A program made the position numbers and the translations under genes. This document shows positions 12,048 through 22,621 of a stretch of 27,915 nt of DNA, one piece after another; within the stretch, counting starts at the first letter, position 1; every line of letters begins with the position of its first letter. The notes beneath the pieces are model-generated. The model made no database searches, was not told where the DNA came from, and worked only from the letters and a program-made list of their open reading frames with translations. Source of the stretch: Spongospora subterranea f. sp. subterranea (taxonomy: Eukaryota); the NCBI GenBank assembly GCA_049724395.1, contig JAUGWO010000104.1, forward strand, positions 124,001-151,915. Reading direction: 5' to 3'.

Positions 12048-12143
12048 TGTACAGACCACTGCAGCCCCAATGCACGATTAATTACTTAAGCTACCGAATA
12101 AAAGCAAAAACTGTTTACTATTGCCAACCTAATAGTCACCCGG
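12048..12143 (+). repeat. Gypsy-1 3' LTR (noisy, 3' end lost)
   Basis: Follows the PPT and matches 7180-7275. Confidence 0.85.
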
Positions 12144-13312
12144 TGTTAAAAGACGATCTAAGTCAACACATCAGGATTAAGCTGTGATCAGCCGATCATT
12201 CGTTAAATTGATCATAAAGAGGACTCATAGATTTCCAATTCAATTGAATTCGGAAATGCGGTTGTCTCAATACCCATCACAGATTGCAGGAGGCCAAATG
12301 AACCAATTATGTGTCCGATCTATGCTCAAGACTTCACATTAGCCATCCCATTTCACGACTTCAGTACATCAGTTTGGCAAAAAAGATCAGTAGAAGTTGT
12401 CAAACACCATGCTCGACATTGTTGAAAAGAATCTCCGAGTTTCGATTCAATCTAATTAATATTTCATAAATAGAAGGCTCCAAACCATGGTCAAGTGGCA
12501 TTGAAATCTATTGCTCCAAATGCCCACTGTTACGAATGGTTGACTGCAGTCCTACAATAGAAGACCTCACCAGAGCCAATTAGATAACCCGAAATGAACG
12601 CTGATCCGAATGTCAGGCAAATGTCAACTCATGAACGATTAATGTCCCATTATATTGGGACAGCATGCTATCGAAAAAGTCGAGGCCATCGTGACGTTAA
12701 GGTAGAATTGATGCGTCAAAAGTCACACAGACACATTCCCGCTTTGCACATTTTCAATGAATTTTTGTAATTGAAGCGATTATGTGAAGTTGGTAAATCT
12801 TGATAGCAATACGTAACTGAACGAAGCGTGGCAGGGACCTTCACAAGTCGTATGAACCGTGAATGATCATGTTTACCAACTAGCACTTAATCGCCAAAAG
12901 CCATTGAAAATGTGCATGCGGAATAACTTGCCGGCGTTTGGAATGTGTCCAGCCTCAACGTAACTGAAGAGCTGTACAACCAAGTTACGCTCATGACGGA
13001 CAAGGTTATGTAGTTGAAGATTTGCGAGACATTCGGCGCAATAACAACTCTGGTGACATCGAGGTGCATTGTTTGTGGAGTGGATTTGAAGCCCAGGAAT
13101 CAATCTAAGCCGTTCAATAAAAATAGAAAGATGATGGTAGTTCTTTGTAGGCCTTTTTAATCGCCCGAACAGACCCACTATCCATAAGCTGCAGCCACCT
13201 GAACAACCATATAGACAGGGGGAATGTACAGAACTGCAGCCCCAATGCACTTACGGAAACTTAATACCGAACTAAAAGCAGTTCTGTTTACTATTGCCAA
13301 CCTAATAGTCAG
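12144..13312 (+). other. Low-fidelity tandem duplicate of the Gypsy-1 3' region (~10960-12140) including a third LTR (13225-13312); probable consensus artefact
   Basis: Exact integrase patches occur in collinear order separated by unalignable bases. Reverse-strand patches are embedded (12922-12950 is the reverse complement of ~11539-11567). Confidence 0.7.
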
Positions 13313-16300
13313 CCTGTTGACAACTTATACTGATCCGTTTGCCCAAGGAGTATAAGCTGTCGTGAAATGATGGCTAATGTGAAGTCTTGAGCATAGATCG
13401 GACACCACTTGGTTCTTAAAGTGTGTGCCTTTGGTCTGATACATGGGTAAAGACGATTCCGAATCTCTTGAACCAATCTATGAGTCCATGAACTGTAACG
13501 TAATGATCGGCTGATTCGCAGGGGATCAATTCAATAAATTGACTTAGATCCACTCCACACAACTTGCACCTCGATGTCACCAGTGTTGAATGTTGCGGCG
13601 AATGTCTCGCAAATCTTCAATAACATAACCTTGTCCGTCATGAGCTACTTGGTTGTACAGCTCTTCAGTTACCAAAGGCCTGGAATCGTCGTAAAGTTTC
13701 AGTCTTACCGCATGCACATTTTCAATGGCTTTTGTAATTAAGTCCTGAACTTGGTAAACATGATCATTTTCCTACGATTTGTGAAGGTCCCTGCCACGCT
13801 CCGCGAAGTTTATGCTGGGTGTTTCGATGAAGATTCGACGCAACTAGCACGTAATCGCCAATACAAAAATTCATAGGAATAACTTGCCGGCGTTTGGAAT
13901 GTGTCCTGTGTGACTGTTGACGCTGAATCGTTACGTTTGATTCGACGTTTCGATGAATACGATCGCATGCGTCCCTCAGCTCGCATGTCATTTCGTTGAT
14001 TGCTTCTGGGGTTAACGAAATTTCAGCAATCTTATCTAATCGTTCAATAAAAATAGTTGAGATTAAGGTAGATGGTTGTAGGCCAGTCATAATCGTAACA
14101 GGGGCATAGCCGATATGGGAGCGAACCCGGTGATTCAATGCCATATTGACCAATGGTAGGAGACAGGGTCAATCATGAAACGATAATCGGAACTCGGAGA
14201 TAAGGGCGCGTAGAACAAATAGGAGCAGCCTGTTGACAACTTCTACTGATCCGTTTGCCCAAGGAGTATAAGCTGTCGTGAAATGATGGCTAATGTGAAG
14301 TCTTCAGCATAGATCGGACACCACTTGGTTCTTAAAGTGTGTGCCTTGGTCTGATACATGGGTAAAGACGATTCCGAATCTCTTGAATCAATCTATGAGT
14401 CCATGAACTGTAACGTAATGATCGGCTGATTCGCAGGGGATCAATTCAATAAATTGACTTAGATCGTCTTTTAACACCAGGATGTACTCGAAAGAATGTG
14501 GGTGGTTTTTCGGTACTTTTCCTATAAATAAAAATTCGTAGTGGATGACCTGGTTGGGTCTGGATGCATGGATTTTGCATGGCCAAAGGGCCTTGGAACA
14601 ACTTTTCCACGGAGACGAACACAATGGATACAGCGTTCAACTACGCTGGAAACGAATTCCTTCATGTTTTTCCACCAAAAAAATGATTCGATAGATTTGG
14701 GTGTTGGTTCTTTAGCTTGATGACCTGATAGGCCGCTGTGTGCAATTATGGAAATTCGGAGACGAAGAGTGGAACCTGAATTGGTTGGGATCCACAACTT
14801 TCCTTCAGCGGTTTTCCATATCTGGTCGCTACCATCCCACAGCAGTGATTGATTATCGATCGAGATGTTAGGTAGGTGTTGAGCATCAGAATGAGACAGA
14901 TACGTTGCTTGAACTGTAGCAATTTCATGCAAAGATGGCCAGATGAAAATTCTTCGAAATGGGTTGAATGAGGATTGGGGCCTTGAATGCTTTAAGTTGA
15001 GCATCAATAGATATTTTTGACTTTCCCCATCGAGTAAAAAGATCTGCCCAAACATTCTCGTTTCCTTCAACATGTTCAATGATGTAAGGAATGTTTGCGA
15101 GTTGGAGTTGCCATCGCTCAAGTCGGTCCGCAGTATGCCGCGCGACATTGGTGCAGCGCTTCATTGGGTTGAATATACATACATTAAATTCCGATGATCC
15201 GTATGAATTCGGACCGGGTTCGATCCTATCAAGAAATGACGAAGGCGGAATATACCTTCGATAAAAGGATACGCTTCTTTTTCTATGATAGCCCATCTGA
15301 GGCTATTAGCGCGAAAAGTGCCAGAAAGACATGCTAGCAATTCGTGTCGTTGTTCGGTGAGCGGTAGACTTAATTCTTCAGGAGGAATCTGTGTCAGGAC
15401 AGCCGACCAAAAATCTTGAGAAGCATCGGGAAATAAGCATGTTAACCAGTCGCTTTTCGGATGAGCAAGCCTCGTAAGAGCAGCTTGGTTCTGGTCTGTC
15501 CCGGTTGGAAGGTTAGGACCAAGTCAGTGTGAGACTCGAGTTCGAAAAACCCCGTGGGCAGGGATTTTGGGGAATACCCTAAGGTTGGCCAGCTAATACG
15601 GAAGTAGAGCGCAGGTTGTTGAGCATGCGAGGAACGAACCTCTTGAAAAATAGACAGCTGATTTGTATTGATGCGACTTGGGTTCAAGGCATTGTGGTGT
15701 TCCGTACAGGGAATTTCCCTCGTGTCCAACAGGTTAGGGGGTTTTAGTGAGTCGGGTCATGGGATCAACCTCACACTATCACAATGTCGGTCAGACTGCA
15801 GAACATTCAGCGAAGGTTCTAGCGAATGAGCTTTAACACCAAGTTCGCCTTGGCCCTCTTGTAGATATGGGTACTACAAACCTGCACCAAAATGCCGAAC
15901 ACAATCACAAAAAAAAAAGCCTCGTAAGACCAGCAACACATTCCTTTATCATTTTGAAAGATTCTTGGTGTGGTGCATTCCATTCAATATCTGCTAATCG
16001 GATACGTCGAAGCACGGTTTTCTTACAGCTTTGCACCGTTCGTGTAGTTGTCAGGAGGAGATCTTGGAGAGGATGTGTTAGTTCATTGAAATTAGGATAC
16101 TCTTCCGAATCCAGTTTAGGGCACAAACGAATTGTTGTAGGTCATCGCCATGAATTGGGGGCTGCATGTCCAAAAGAGCTTGAATAAAAGAATTGTCATA
16201 TGTGACCCTTCAGGCGAAATGTTATGACCAGCCCATTTGACTGTTTCGGCATAAAGATTGCATCGTACATTTGATACCTCTTTTCGCCATTTCGAGAAAG

Positions 16301-16803
16301 ACTTTGCTGAGCACAATCATATGTGTCATTGGAGAATTCTTGTTTGCATATGCTAGTACATCGTCAAGCCATAAGAGAGCGCATTTGTACAATAAATCAC
16401 CCAAAACTTGTTGCATCCCTGATTGAAATGTTGCAACTGAGTCAATGATTCCTTGAATTACGCGACGCGGGTGAATACTGCTTCGTGCGTCATGAAAGAA
16501 CACATTTTTTGGGAGTTTAAGTGCAATGGGAACTGCCAATAGCCTTTGAAACAATCTAATAAGATATACGATGTAGCATCACGAAGATAACCTAGAATGA
16601 TGTCTATATGAGGCATGGGCCAGATAATAGGCTCGATCTGCTTGTTGATTTTTCACAGTGTCGACTGTCATCCTATAACCTCTTTTGTCCGGTTTTGGAA
16701 TAACTAGGGCGGCGGAAGCGTCTCGACTCTGTGGGTTTCTGTAGATATAATTATTCTTTTCAAGTGCATTTGTATGCGCATGCATGAATTCTTGGTATGG
16801 AAT
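13313..16803 (-). mobile_element. Second, inverted Gypsy-1 copy (RT-RH-IN part)
   Basis: 13551-16803 is the reverse complement of ~9085-11903 with SNPs and indels. 13313-13550 is an extra inverted fragment of ~10978-11215. The copy is interrupted at 15480-15916 and cut at 16804. Confidence 0.92.
15480..15916 (+). mobile_element. SINE-like non-LTR insertion with tRNA-like head
   Basis: Absent from the forward copy (9968-9980). 13-bp TSD AAGCCTCGTAAGA (15467-15479, 15917-15929), oligo(A) tail, and head TCCCGG..GGTTAGGAC..GAGTTCGAA..CAGGGA (15499-15564). Confidence 0.8.
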
Positions 16804-16951
16804 TGTTAGGAATATTCCATATATTCCTAACTCGCGCAGTTCAGACGCAGTTTTCGGACAAGAATTGACCAATGAAGGTCATTCTTGTCAACACCTCGCT
16901 CAGGCATCAATAAATCGATAGTTATATCAACTGCTCTGGCTTGTTCTAACA
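16804..16951 (+). repeat. Gypsy-2 5' LTR (148 bp)
   Basis: TGTTAG...CTAACA perfect 6-bp inverted termini. It starts exactly where Gypsy-1 homology stops and has AATAAA at ~16909. Confidence 0.85.
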
Positions 16952-16953
16952 GT

Positions 16954-16964
16954 TTGACAAGAAT
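16954..16964 (+). promoter_or_regulatory. Putative self-priming PBS
   Basis: TTGACAAGAAT is the reverse complement of ATTCTTGTCAA at 16881-16891 inside the LTR. There is no TGG-type tRNA PBS. Confidence 0.75.
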
Positions 16965-17460
16965 TCTCTCTTCTCGGTTTACGTACCGTCACTTCTCGTT
17001 TCTCGGTTTACGTACCGTCACTTCTCTCTTCTCGGTTTACGTACCGTCACTTCTCTCTTCTCGGTTTACGTACCGTCACTTCTCTCTTCTCGGTTTACGT
17101 ACCGTCACTTCTCGCTTCTCGGTTTACGTACCGTCACTTCTCTCTTCTCGGTTTACGTACCGTCACTTCTCTCTTCTCGGTTTACGTACCGTCACTTCTC
17201 TCTTCTCGGTTTACGTACCGTCACTTCTCTCTTCTCGGTTTACGTACCGTCACTTCTCTCTTCTCGGTTTACGTACCGTCACTTCTCTCTTCTCGGTTTA
17301 CGTACCGTCACTTCTCTCTTCTCGGTTTACGTACCGTCACTTCTCGCTTCTCGGTTTACGTACCGTCACTTCTCTCTTCTCGGTTTACGTACCGTCACTT
17401 CTCTCTTCTCGGTTTACGTACCGTCACTTCTCTCCTCTCGGTTTACGTACCGCCACTTCG
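16965..17460 (+). repeat. 29-bp tandem repeat, 17 copies, in the Gypsy-2 5' leader
   Basis: Unit CTCGGTTTACGTACCGTCACTTCTCTCTT. GGTTT recurs every 29 nt from 16976 to 17440. Confidence 0.97.
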
Positions 17461-17469
17461 CCCCACAAC

Positions 17470-18260
17470 ATGTCTAGCCTCGAGCGATCGGAGTCAGTTC
17501 CAGCTAGCCCGCACAACCATCGAGGTTTTCAGGTACCGACGGAGCATCCACAGTTCCGTCAGTCTGTTCAACCTCAACCTTTGTCGCCGGAGGTCCAGTC
17601 GGTATTACAGGCGGCACTAGCTCAGCAACAGCAACAGTTTCAACGACAGTTGCAGGAACTGTCGCAACACTACCAGCAACAGCAAATTGATCAGCAGCCT
17701 CCTCAGCCAGAACCTAAGGTTCGCCTTCCGGATCCGTTTGACGGTTCCCGATGCGCCCTGCGAGGGTTCATAAACCAGATTTCAATGGTCATCAGTCGCA
17801 AACCCAGAACGTATGCGACCGATTCCGATAAGGTGATGCTGGTGGCAGACCTCCTGAAAGGGAACGCACTGCTGTGGTTCTCGCCGCTTTTCGAGCGACA
17901 AGACCCGATACTGCAAGATTTCCCTGGGTTCGTTCAAGCATTGCGCGCGAGGTTTGACGACCCGAATAAGTCCACGACGGCAGCCAGACGTTTGGAAATC
18001 CTGCGCCAGGGTCGCCGACCGGTTGCCACATACGCCAGCGAGTTCCAGCTGCTGGTGGAGGACGCAGATTGGATGGGGCCGCGGCGCAGCATCAATTTCG
18101 AAAGGGTCTCAACGAGGAGGTGAAGGATCTACTCCTGACCTGCCCAGAAGCGCCCGATTTGAACGGGCTCATTGCGACTGCCATCAGATGCGGTGACCGT
18201 CTTTTTGAACGCGAACAGGAACGACGTGGTCGTGTTAGTTCGAATCCCCATCGTCATTCC
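17470..18260 (+). pseudogene. gag: Gypsy-2 gag (retrotransposon gag domain, PEG10/sushi-like), one frameshift, truncated
   Basis: ATG at 17470; PKVRLPDPFDGSR..LRGF, LLKGNALLWF, LRQGRRPVATYASEF; after a shift near 18072, QFRKGLNEEVKD. Confidence 0.9.
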
Positions 18261-18858
18261 TTTTAAAGAAAGGAGAGATCACGCGAGCGAGAGTGAGAGG
18301 GAGCGGTGATGCGAGAGAGAGAGGGAGCTGGAAGGCGAGAGAGAGAGAAGGAGCTGGAACACGCGAGAGAGAGGGAGCGGTGACGCGAGAGAGAGAGGGA
18401 GCTGGAACACGAGAGAGAGAGAGGGAGCTGGAAGGCGAGAGAGAGAGAGGGAGCTGGAACACGAGAGAGAGGGAGCGGTGACGCGAGAGAGAGAGGGAGC
18501 TGGAAGGCGAGAGAGAGAGGGAGCGGGAACGATGTTGATTGGAAGAAGCAAATAGAAGAATGAGTTTATTAGAAAAACGAGGGGCTCTGATATACAGAGC
18601 TAGATTATTATTGTCTCGGTCGGAAAAAGGGCGCGCGATTTCTCTGTCGGAAAAAAGGCGCGTTAATCGCGCGCCAAAATCCGTCACACGACAGAGGCTG
18701 CGCTACAGGGTTGCTCCTCAGGAGGCCGCTCATTAAGAGGCCGCGTCGAGTCTTCATCAATATCGGATGTTCGTGACAGTGGGCCAATACGACCAGTTTG
18801 GGCCAGTACAGCCAATGGGCCAGTACGACAGGTTGGCGACGTGGTTTGAACTTCAACA
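18261..18858 (-). repeat. Copia A 3' LTR (598 bp, including CT-rich array 18280-18532)
   Basis: Starts TGTTGAAG after the PPT and ends GATCTCTCCTTTCTTTAAAA, which aligns with the Copia B LTR end. Confidence 0.85.
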
Positions 18859-21800
18859 CGCCCCCTCAAACCATGTGCCTTGTTGGTCACCAATCTTTTG
18901 CTCAATCTTGTGAATGTTGCGCCTGAAGTTGGTTTAGTAAAAATATCTGCGACCATCTCGACTGTTGGCATGAACTGGACTTGAACCTGGTTGTTGTGAA
19001 CCATGTGTCTCACGAAATGATATTTTGCATCAATGTGTTTTGTTCGCGCGTCGGTTCTGTTGTTGCCGCTGATAGATATGCATCCTTGGTTATCGTCGTA
19101 AATGACAGTTGCGGCTGGTTCTGGGCGCTCAAGTTCGAACAGCAGTTGGCGGATCCATTTGGCTTCGCGTGACGCACCACATAATGCAATATACTCGGAT
19201 TCAACAGACGATAAGGCTGTTGAGGGTTGCAATTTGGATTTCCAAGAGATTGGGGCACCATTAAAAGTGAATACGAAACCAGTTGTGGATCTCCTTGTGT
19301 CCGGGTTACCGGCCCAGTCTGCGTCGCTGTAGCCATAGAGTCCGGCGGGATTCTTTGAAGAGCCTGCTGTAAATTTCAGGCCGTAGTCCGATGTCCCTGC
19401 CAAAAAACGGAGTACTCTCTGTGCTGCCGTCCAGTGCTGCCGCCCGGGGTTGCTTATAAATCTACATAAGGTTCCGACCGCGCATGCAATGTCGGGTATT
19501 GTGGTTGTGGCTAACCAGTTTAAACTGCCGACAAGCTCAGAATACGGCACCAGTTTCATGCTGGCTCGCTCTTGGTCGGTGGTAGGGCTCATGTTCGTAC
19601 TGAGGTAGTATCCTACGGTTGATGTGGAGTGTTGGCGGATTTGCAAAGATTCATATTGAATCGAAGGAGTAATTCATCAACGTAGTCTTGCTGGTGTAAA
19701 AATATTGATTCTGTTGCCCCATCACGCAATAACTGCATACCAAGAACACGACTGGGCGCGCCAAGATCGGTGACGTTCCATTTGGACTTGAAGTGATCCA
19801 CTAATTCATCACAAAGAGTTGGATTATTATGGGCAATAATGATATCGTCGACATGAATGAGAACAATAGCATAGAAAGTGTCACGTCTGAGATGGTAAAG
19901 ACAAGGATCAGCAATTGTTCTTCGAAAATGGAGCTTATTGACCAAGAAATCATCCAGCTGCTGATTCCAGATCATTCCCGCTTGTTTGAGACCGTAGAGA
20001 GCTTTCTGTAACTTGCAAACTAGATTTCCTTGACCAGGCTCAATGAAACCATTAGGCTGTTTCATGTAAATATCGCCGTCAATGTTACCGTTAAGGAATG
20101 CGCCCACGATGTCGATTTGACGAAGAAACAAGCCTTGATCGGCGGTCAGTGCCATGACGATACGAAATGATTCCGAATGTGCGACGGGAGAGAAAGTTTC
20201 ACTGTAATCGATACCAGCACGTTGGGAGAAGCCTTTGATCACCAAACGGGCTTTGAACTTTCGAATACCACCGTCTCCGGTCAGATTAGGCTTGGTATTG
20301 AAGACCCATTTGCAAGCGATTGCTTTACGGTCTGGAGGTAGTTCTTGCAACGTCCATGTGTCAAATTCGAGCATCTGCTTGTATTCAACCTGCATAGCAT
20401 CATACCAATGGCCAGCTTCAGGTCCGTTCAGGGCTTCTGGGACTGTTTGTGGTACGGTAACAGAAGCAATTGTGAGTGATGCGATGTCCGGTCTTGGCAA
20501 TTTGTTACATGTCGAGTCCAACTGCATTGTGTGATTGGCTTGATGTGCTTTCCACCATTCTCCTGGAGGTCGCGGTTCTCTAGGACTGCGACGAACGACT
20601 ACTGCCGGTTCGGGGTCTAAATCATTATTGTTGTCAGGCGAATAAGGTTCATTGTCATTATTGCTAACATCTTCGGATATGATGGAATCAGCTGCATTGT
20701 TTTCATTCGAAATTTGAACATGGGGTTCCATCTCAGAGCGGAAGCAGCTTTCAAAACAGGGGGAGATGGTATTTCTGGAATCTGAACTTTCTCTTTGAAA
20801 TCCGTAATCAAAGGAGTATTCGTCGAACTCGACATCTCGACTGGAATATTCTTTTTGGGATATGGGATCGTACAGCAAATAAGCCTTTTGATTCTGTGTG
20901 TAGCCAATGTGAATTAGTTTCTGTGCTCGAGGCTGTATCTTTTTTCGTTCGTTGGACTGAAGCAATCTGTAGGCGACACAGCCGAATGTTTTAAGGTAGT
21001 TAAGATTCGGAACCTGTTTGAACAAGACTTCATACGGAGTAACTCGGTCTGGTAACGTCGAGTGGGGTCGTCGATTGTATATATGAACAGCTACTTGTAC
21101 AGCCCAATCAAAACATTGCTGGGGCAACTTCGAATGTGATAGTAGACAAAGGGCAATATCAGTTAATGTTCGATTAAGCCTTTCAGCCATGCCATTCGAT
21201 TGTGAGTTTCCCGGGACTGTCCTTCGGTGATGAATGCCTTGAAGGTCTAGCCAATCACGACACTCTGTGCTGTCCAATCTTCGACATGTATTCGCCTCCG
21301 TTGTCTGATTGAAAATTGCGGATAGTTGTGCTGTGAAGGTTGTTGAAATGTCGAATGAACTTCTTGAGGTGCTCGAACTGCTCAGATTTGTTTGTCAAAC
21401 AGGCAATTGTGCAGAATCGGCTGTAAGCATCAATGTATGTGACAAAGTACTTGGAACCGTCTATGCCAGGGGAAGAAAATGGGCCCATGAGGTCGCTTAC
21501 GATGAGTTCACCCGGAGTGGTTTGATGGTGTTTGGTATTCAAGAACGGTCCTTTTGACATTTTCCCCATCACGCATGGTTCACAAAAGTGTAATTGCTTG
21601 GGAGAAGGTTCTAGTCGAATTCCGTAGCGCTCATCCTTACTCAAATTCGATATTTCCTTGTTGCTGATATGGCCTAACCTTGCGTGCCATAGTGACAGGG
21701 GAAGGGCAACGTCATGTCGGACCGCAAAAGTCGCCGCAAGGTCTGATGATCGGATAGAATTTGAATCCAGTCTGTACAGGTTGTCCTTATCTTTTCGAAT

Positions 21801-21963
21801 CCTTGCAAGTATGTTTCCAACGGGAGCGGTGAAATCATGAGAGTGGAAGATAGTCATGTGTTCGCCATCGATCAAAAACTTCATCCCTGATTCTGCTGCT
21901 TGGCCGGGAGAAAAGAGGTTTTTCCCGAGGTCCGGAACCGCCAAAACATTCTCAAGTGGAATT
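18261..21963 (-). mobile_element. Ty1/Copia element A, 3' part (pre-IN, IN, RT, RNase H, PPT, 3' LTR)
   Basis: Reverse complement of the Copia B sequence from ~23738 onward. Frameshifted pol fragments at 21255-21960, 19613-21277 and 18684-19646. PPT at 18859-18867. Confidence 0.95.
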
Positions 21964-22570
21964 TGTTGAAATTCAAACCACGTCGCCAACCTGTCGTACT
22001 GGCCCATTGGCTGTACTGGCCCAAACTGGTCGTATTGGCCCACTGTCACGAACATCCGATATTGATGAAGACTCGACGCGGCCTCTTAATGAGCGGCCTC
22101 CTGAGGAGCAACCCTGTAGCGCAGCCTCTGTCGTGTGAGAGATTTTGGCGCGCGATTAGCGCGCCTTTTTCCCGACAGAGAAATCGCGCGCCCTTTTCCG
22201 ACTGAGACAATAATATCTAGCTCTGTATATCAGAGCCCCTCGTTTTCTAATAAACTCGTTCTTCTATTTGCTTCTTCCAATCAACATCGTTCCCACTCCT
22301 CTCTCTCTCGCGTTCAGGCTCCCTCTCTCTCGCGTTCCCGCTCCCTCTCTCTCGCGTTCCCGCTCCCTCTCTCTCTCGCGTTCCCGCTCCCCTCTCTCTC
22401 GCGTTCCCGCTCCCTCTCTCTCGCGTTCCCGCTCCCTCTCTCTCTCGCGTTCCCGCTCCCTCTCTCTCGCGTTCCCGCTCCCTCTCTCTCTCGCGTTCCC
22501 GCTCCCTCTCACTCTCGCGTTCCCGCTCCCTCCCTCGCTCGCCTGATCTCTCTGATCTCTCTCTCTAGAA
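21964..22570 (+). repeat. Copia B 5' LTR (607 bp): 323-bp TGTTGA..TCAACA core plus CT-rich array, ending TAGAA
   Basis: Shared with 26880-27569 and 18261-18858. It abuts the PBS. Confidence 0.88.
22287..22545 (+). repeat. ~22-bp array (CT)n-CGCGTTCCCGCTCC within U5
   Basis: About 11 units with variable CT count. Also at 27203-27420 and, diverged, at 18280-18532. Confidence 0.95.
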
Positions 22571-22589
22571 GATTAAGAGTCCCAGCTCT
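22571..22589 (+). promoter_or_regulatory. PBS complementary to the 5' half of tRNA-Lys(CUU)
   Basis: The reverse complement AGAGC-TGGGACTCTTAATC matches the conserved eukaryotic tRNA-Lys(CUU) D-stem/anticodon arm AGAGCATGGGACTCTTAATC (recalled sequence), ending at nt 40. Confidence 0.8.
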
Positions 22590-22621
22590 GTTAGCTGCAT
22601 AGTACCTCAAGTGTGCTATTC

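Larger units (their letters stand above)
7180..12143 (+). mobile_element. Ty3/Gypsy LTR retrotransposon with chromodomain (Gypsy-1), near full length, frameshifted
   Basis: Order is LTR, gag, PR, RT, RNase H, IN, chromodomain, PPT (AGACAGGGGGAA 12036-12047), LTR. Confidence 0.95.
16804..18260 (+). mobile_element. 5' part of a sushi/Tf1-like Ty3/Gypsy element (Gypsy-2)
   Basis: 148-bp LTR, PBS region, tandem-repeat leader and PEG10/sushi-like gag. Cut by the Copia at 18261. Confidence 0.88.

Noticed and set aside
15499..15564. Functional tRNA gene
   Set aside because: The D and anticodon arms are not intact, and it lies inside a TSD-flanked insert.
9085..16803. Whole inverted duplication as a read fold-back artefact
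   Set aside because: The arms differ by substitutions and by a TSD-flanked insertion present in only one.
16965..17460. CRISPR-like array (29-bp palindromic repeats)
   Set aside because: Units are contiguous with no unique spacers, there are no cas genes, and the array lies in a retrotransposon leader.
16885..17469. N-terminal repeat extension of the 412-aa ORF
   Set aside because: It starts at a TTG in the LTR and is open only because the repeat lacks stops. The gag ATG at 17470 is more plausible.
22281..22286. TCAACA as the functional LTR end, with tandem Copia elements explaining repeats after the 3' LTRs
   Set aside because: The TSD, the PBS position and the copy A junction all place the end at TAGAA, and no PBS follows either 3' LTR.
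22135..22602. SR/RE-rich proteins (also 18235-18687 and 27051-27592)
   Set aside because: These are translations of the CT-rich LTR array.
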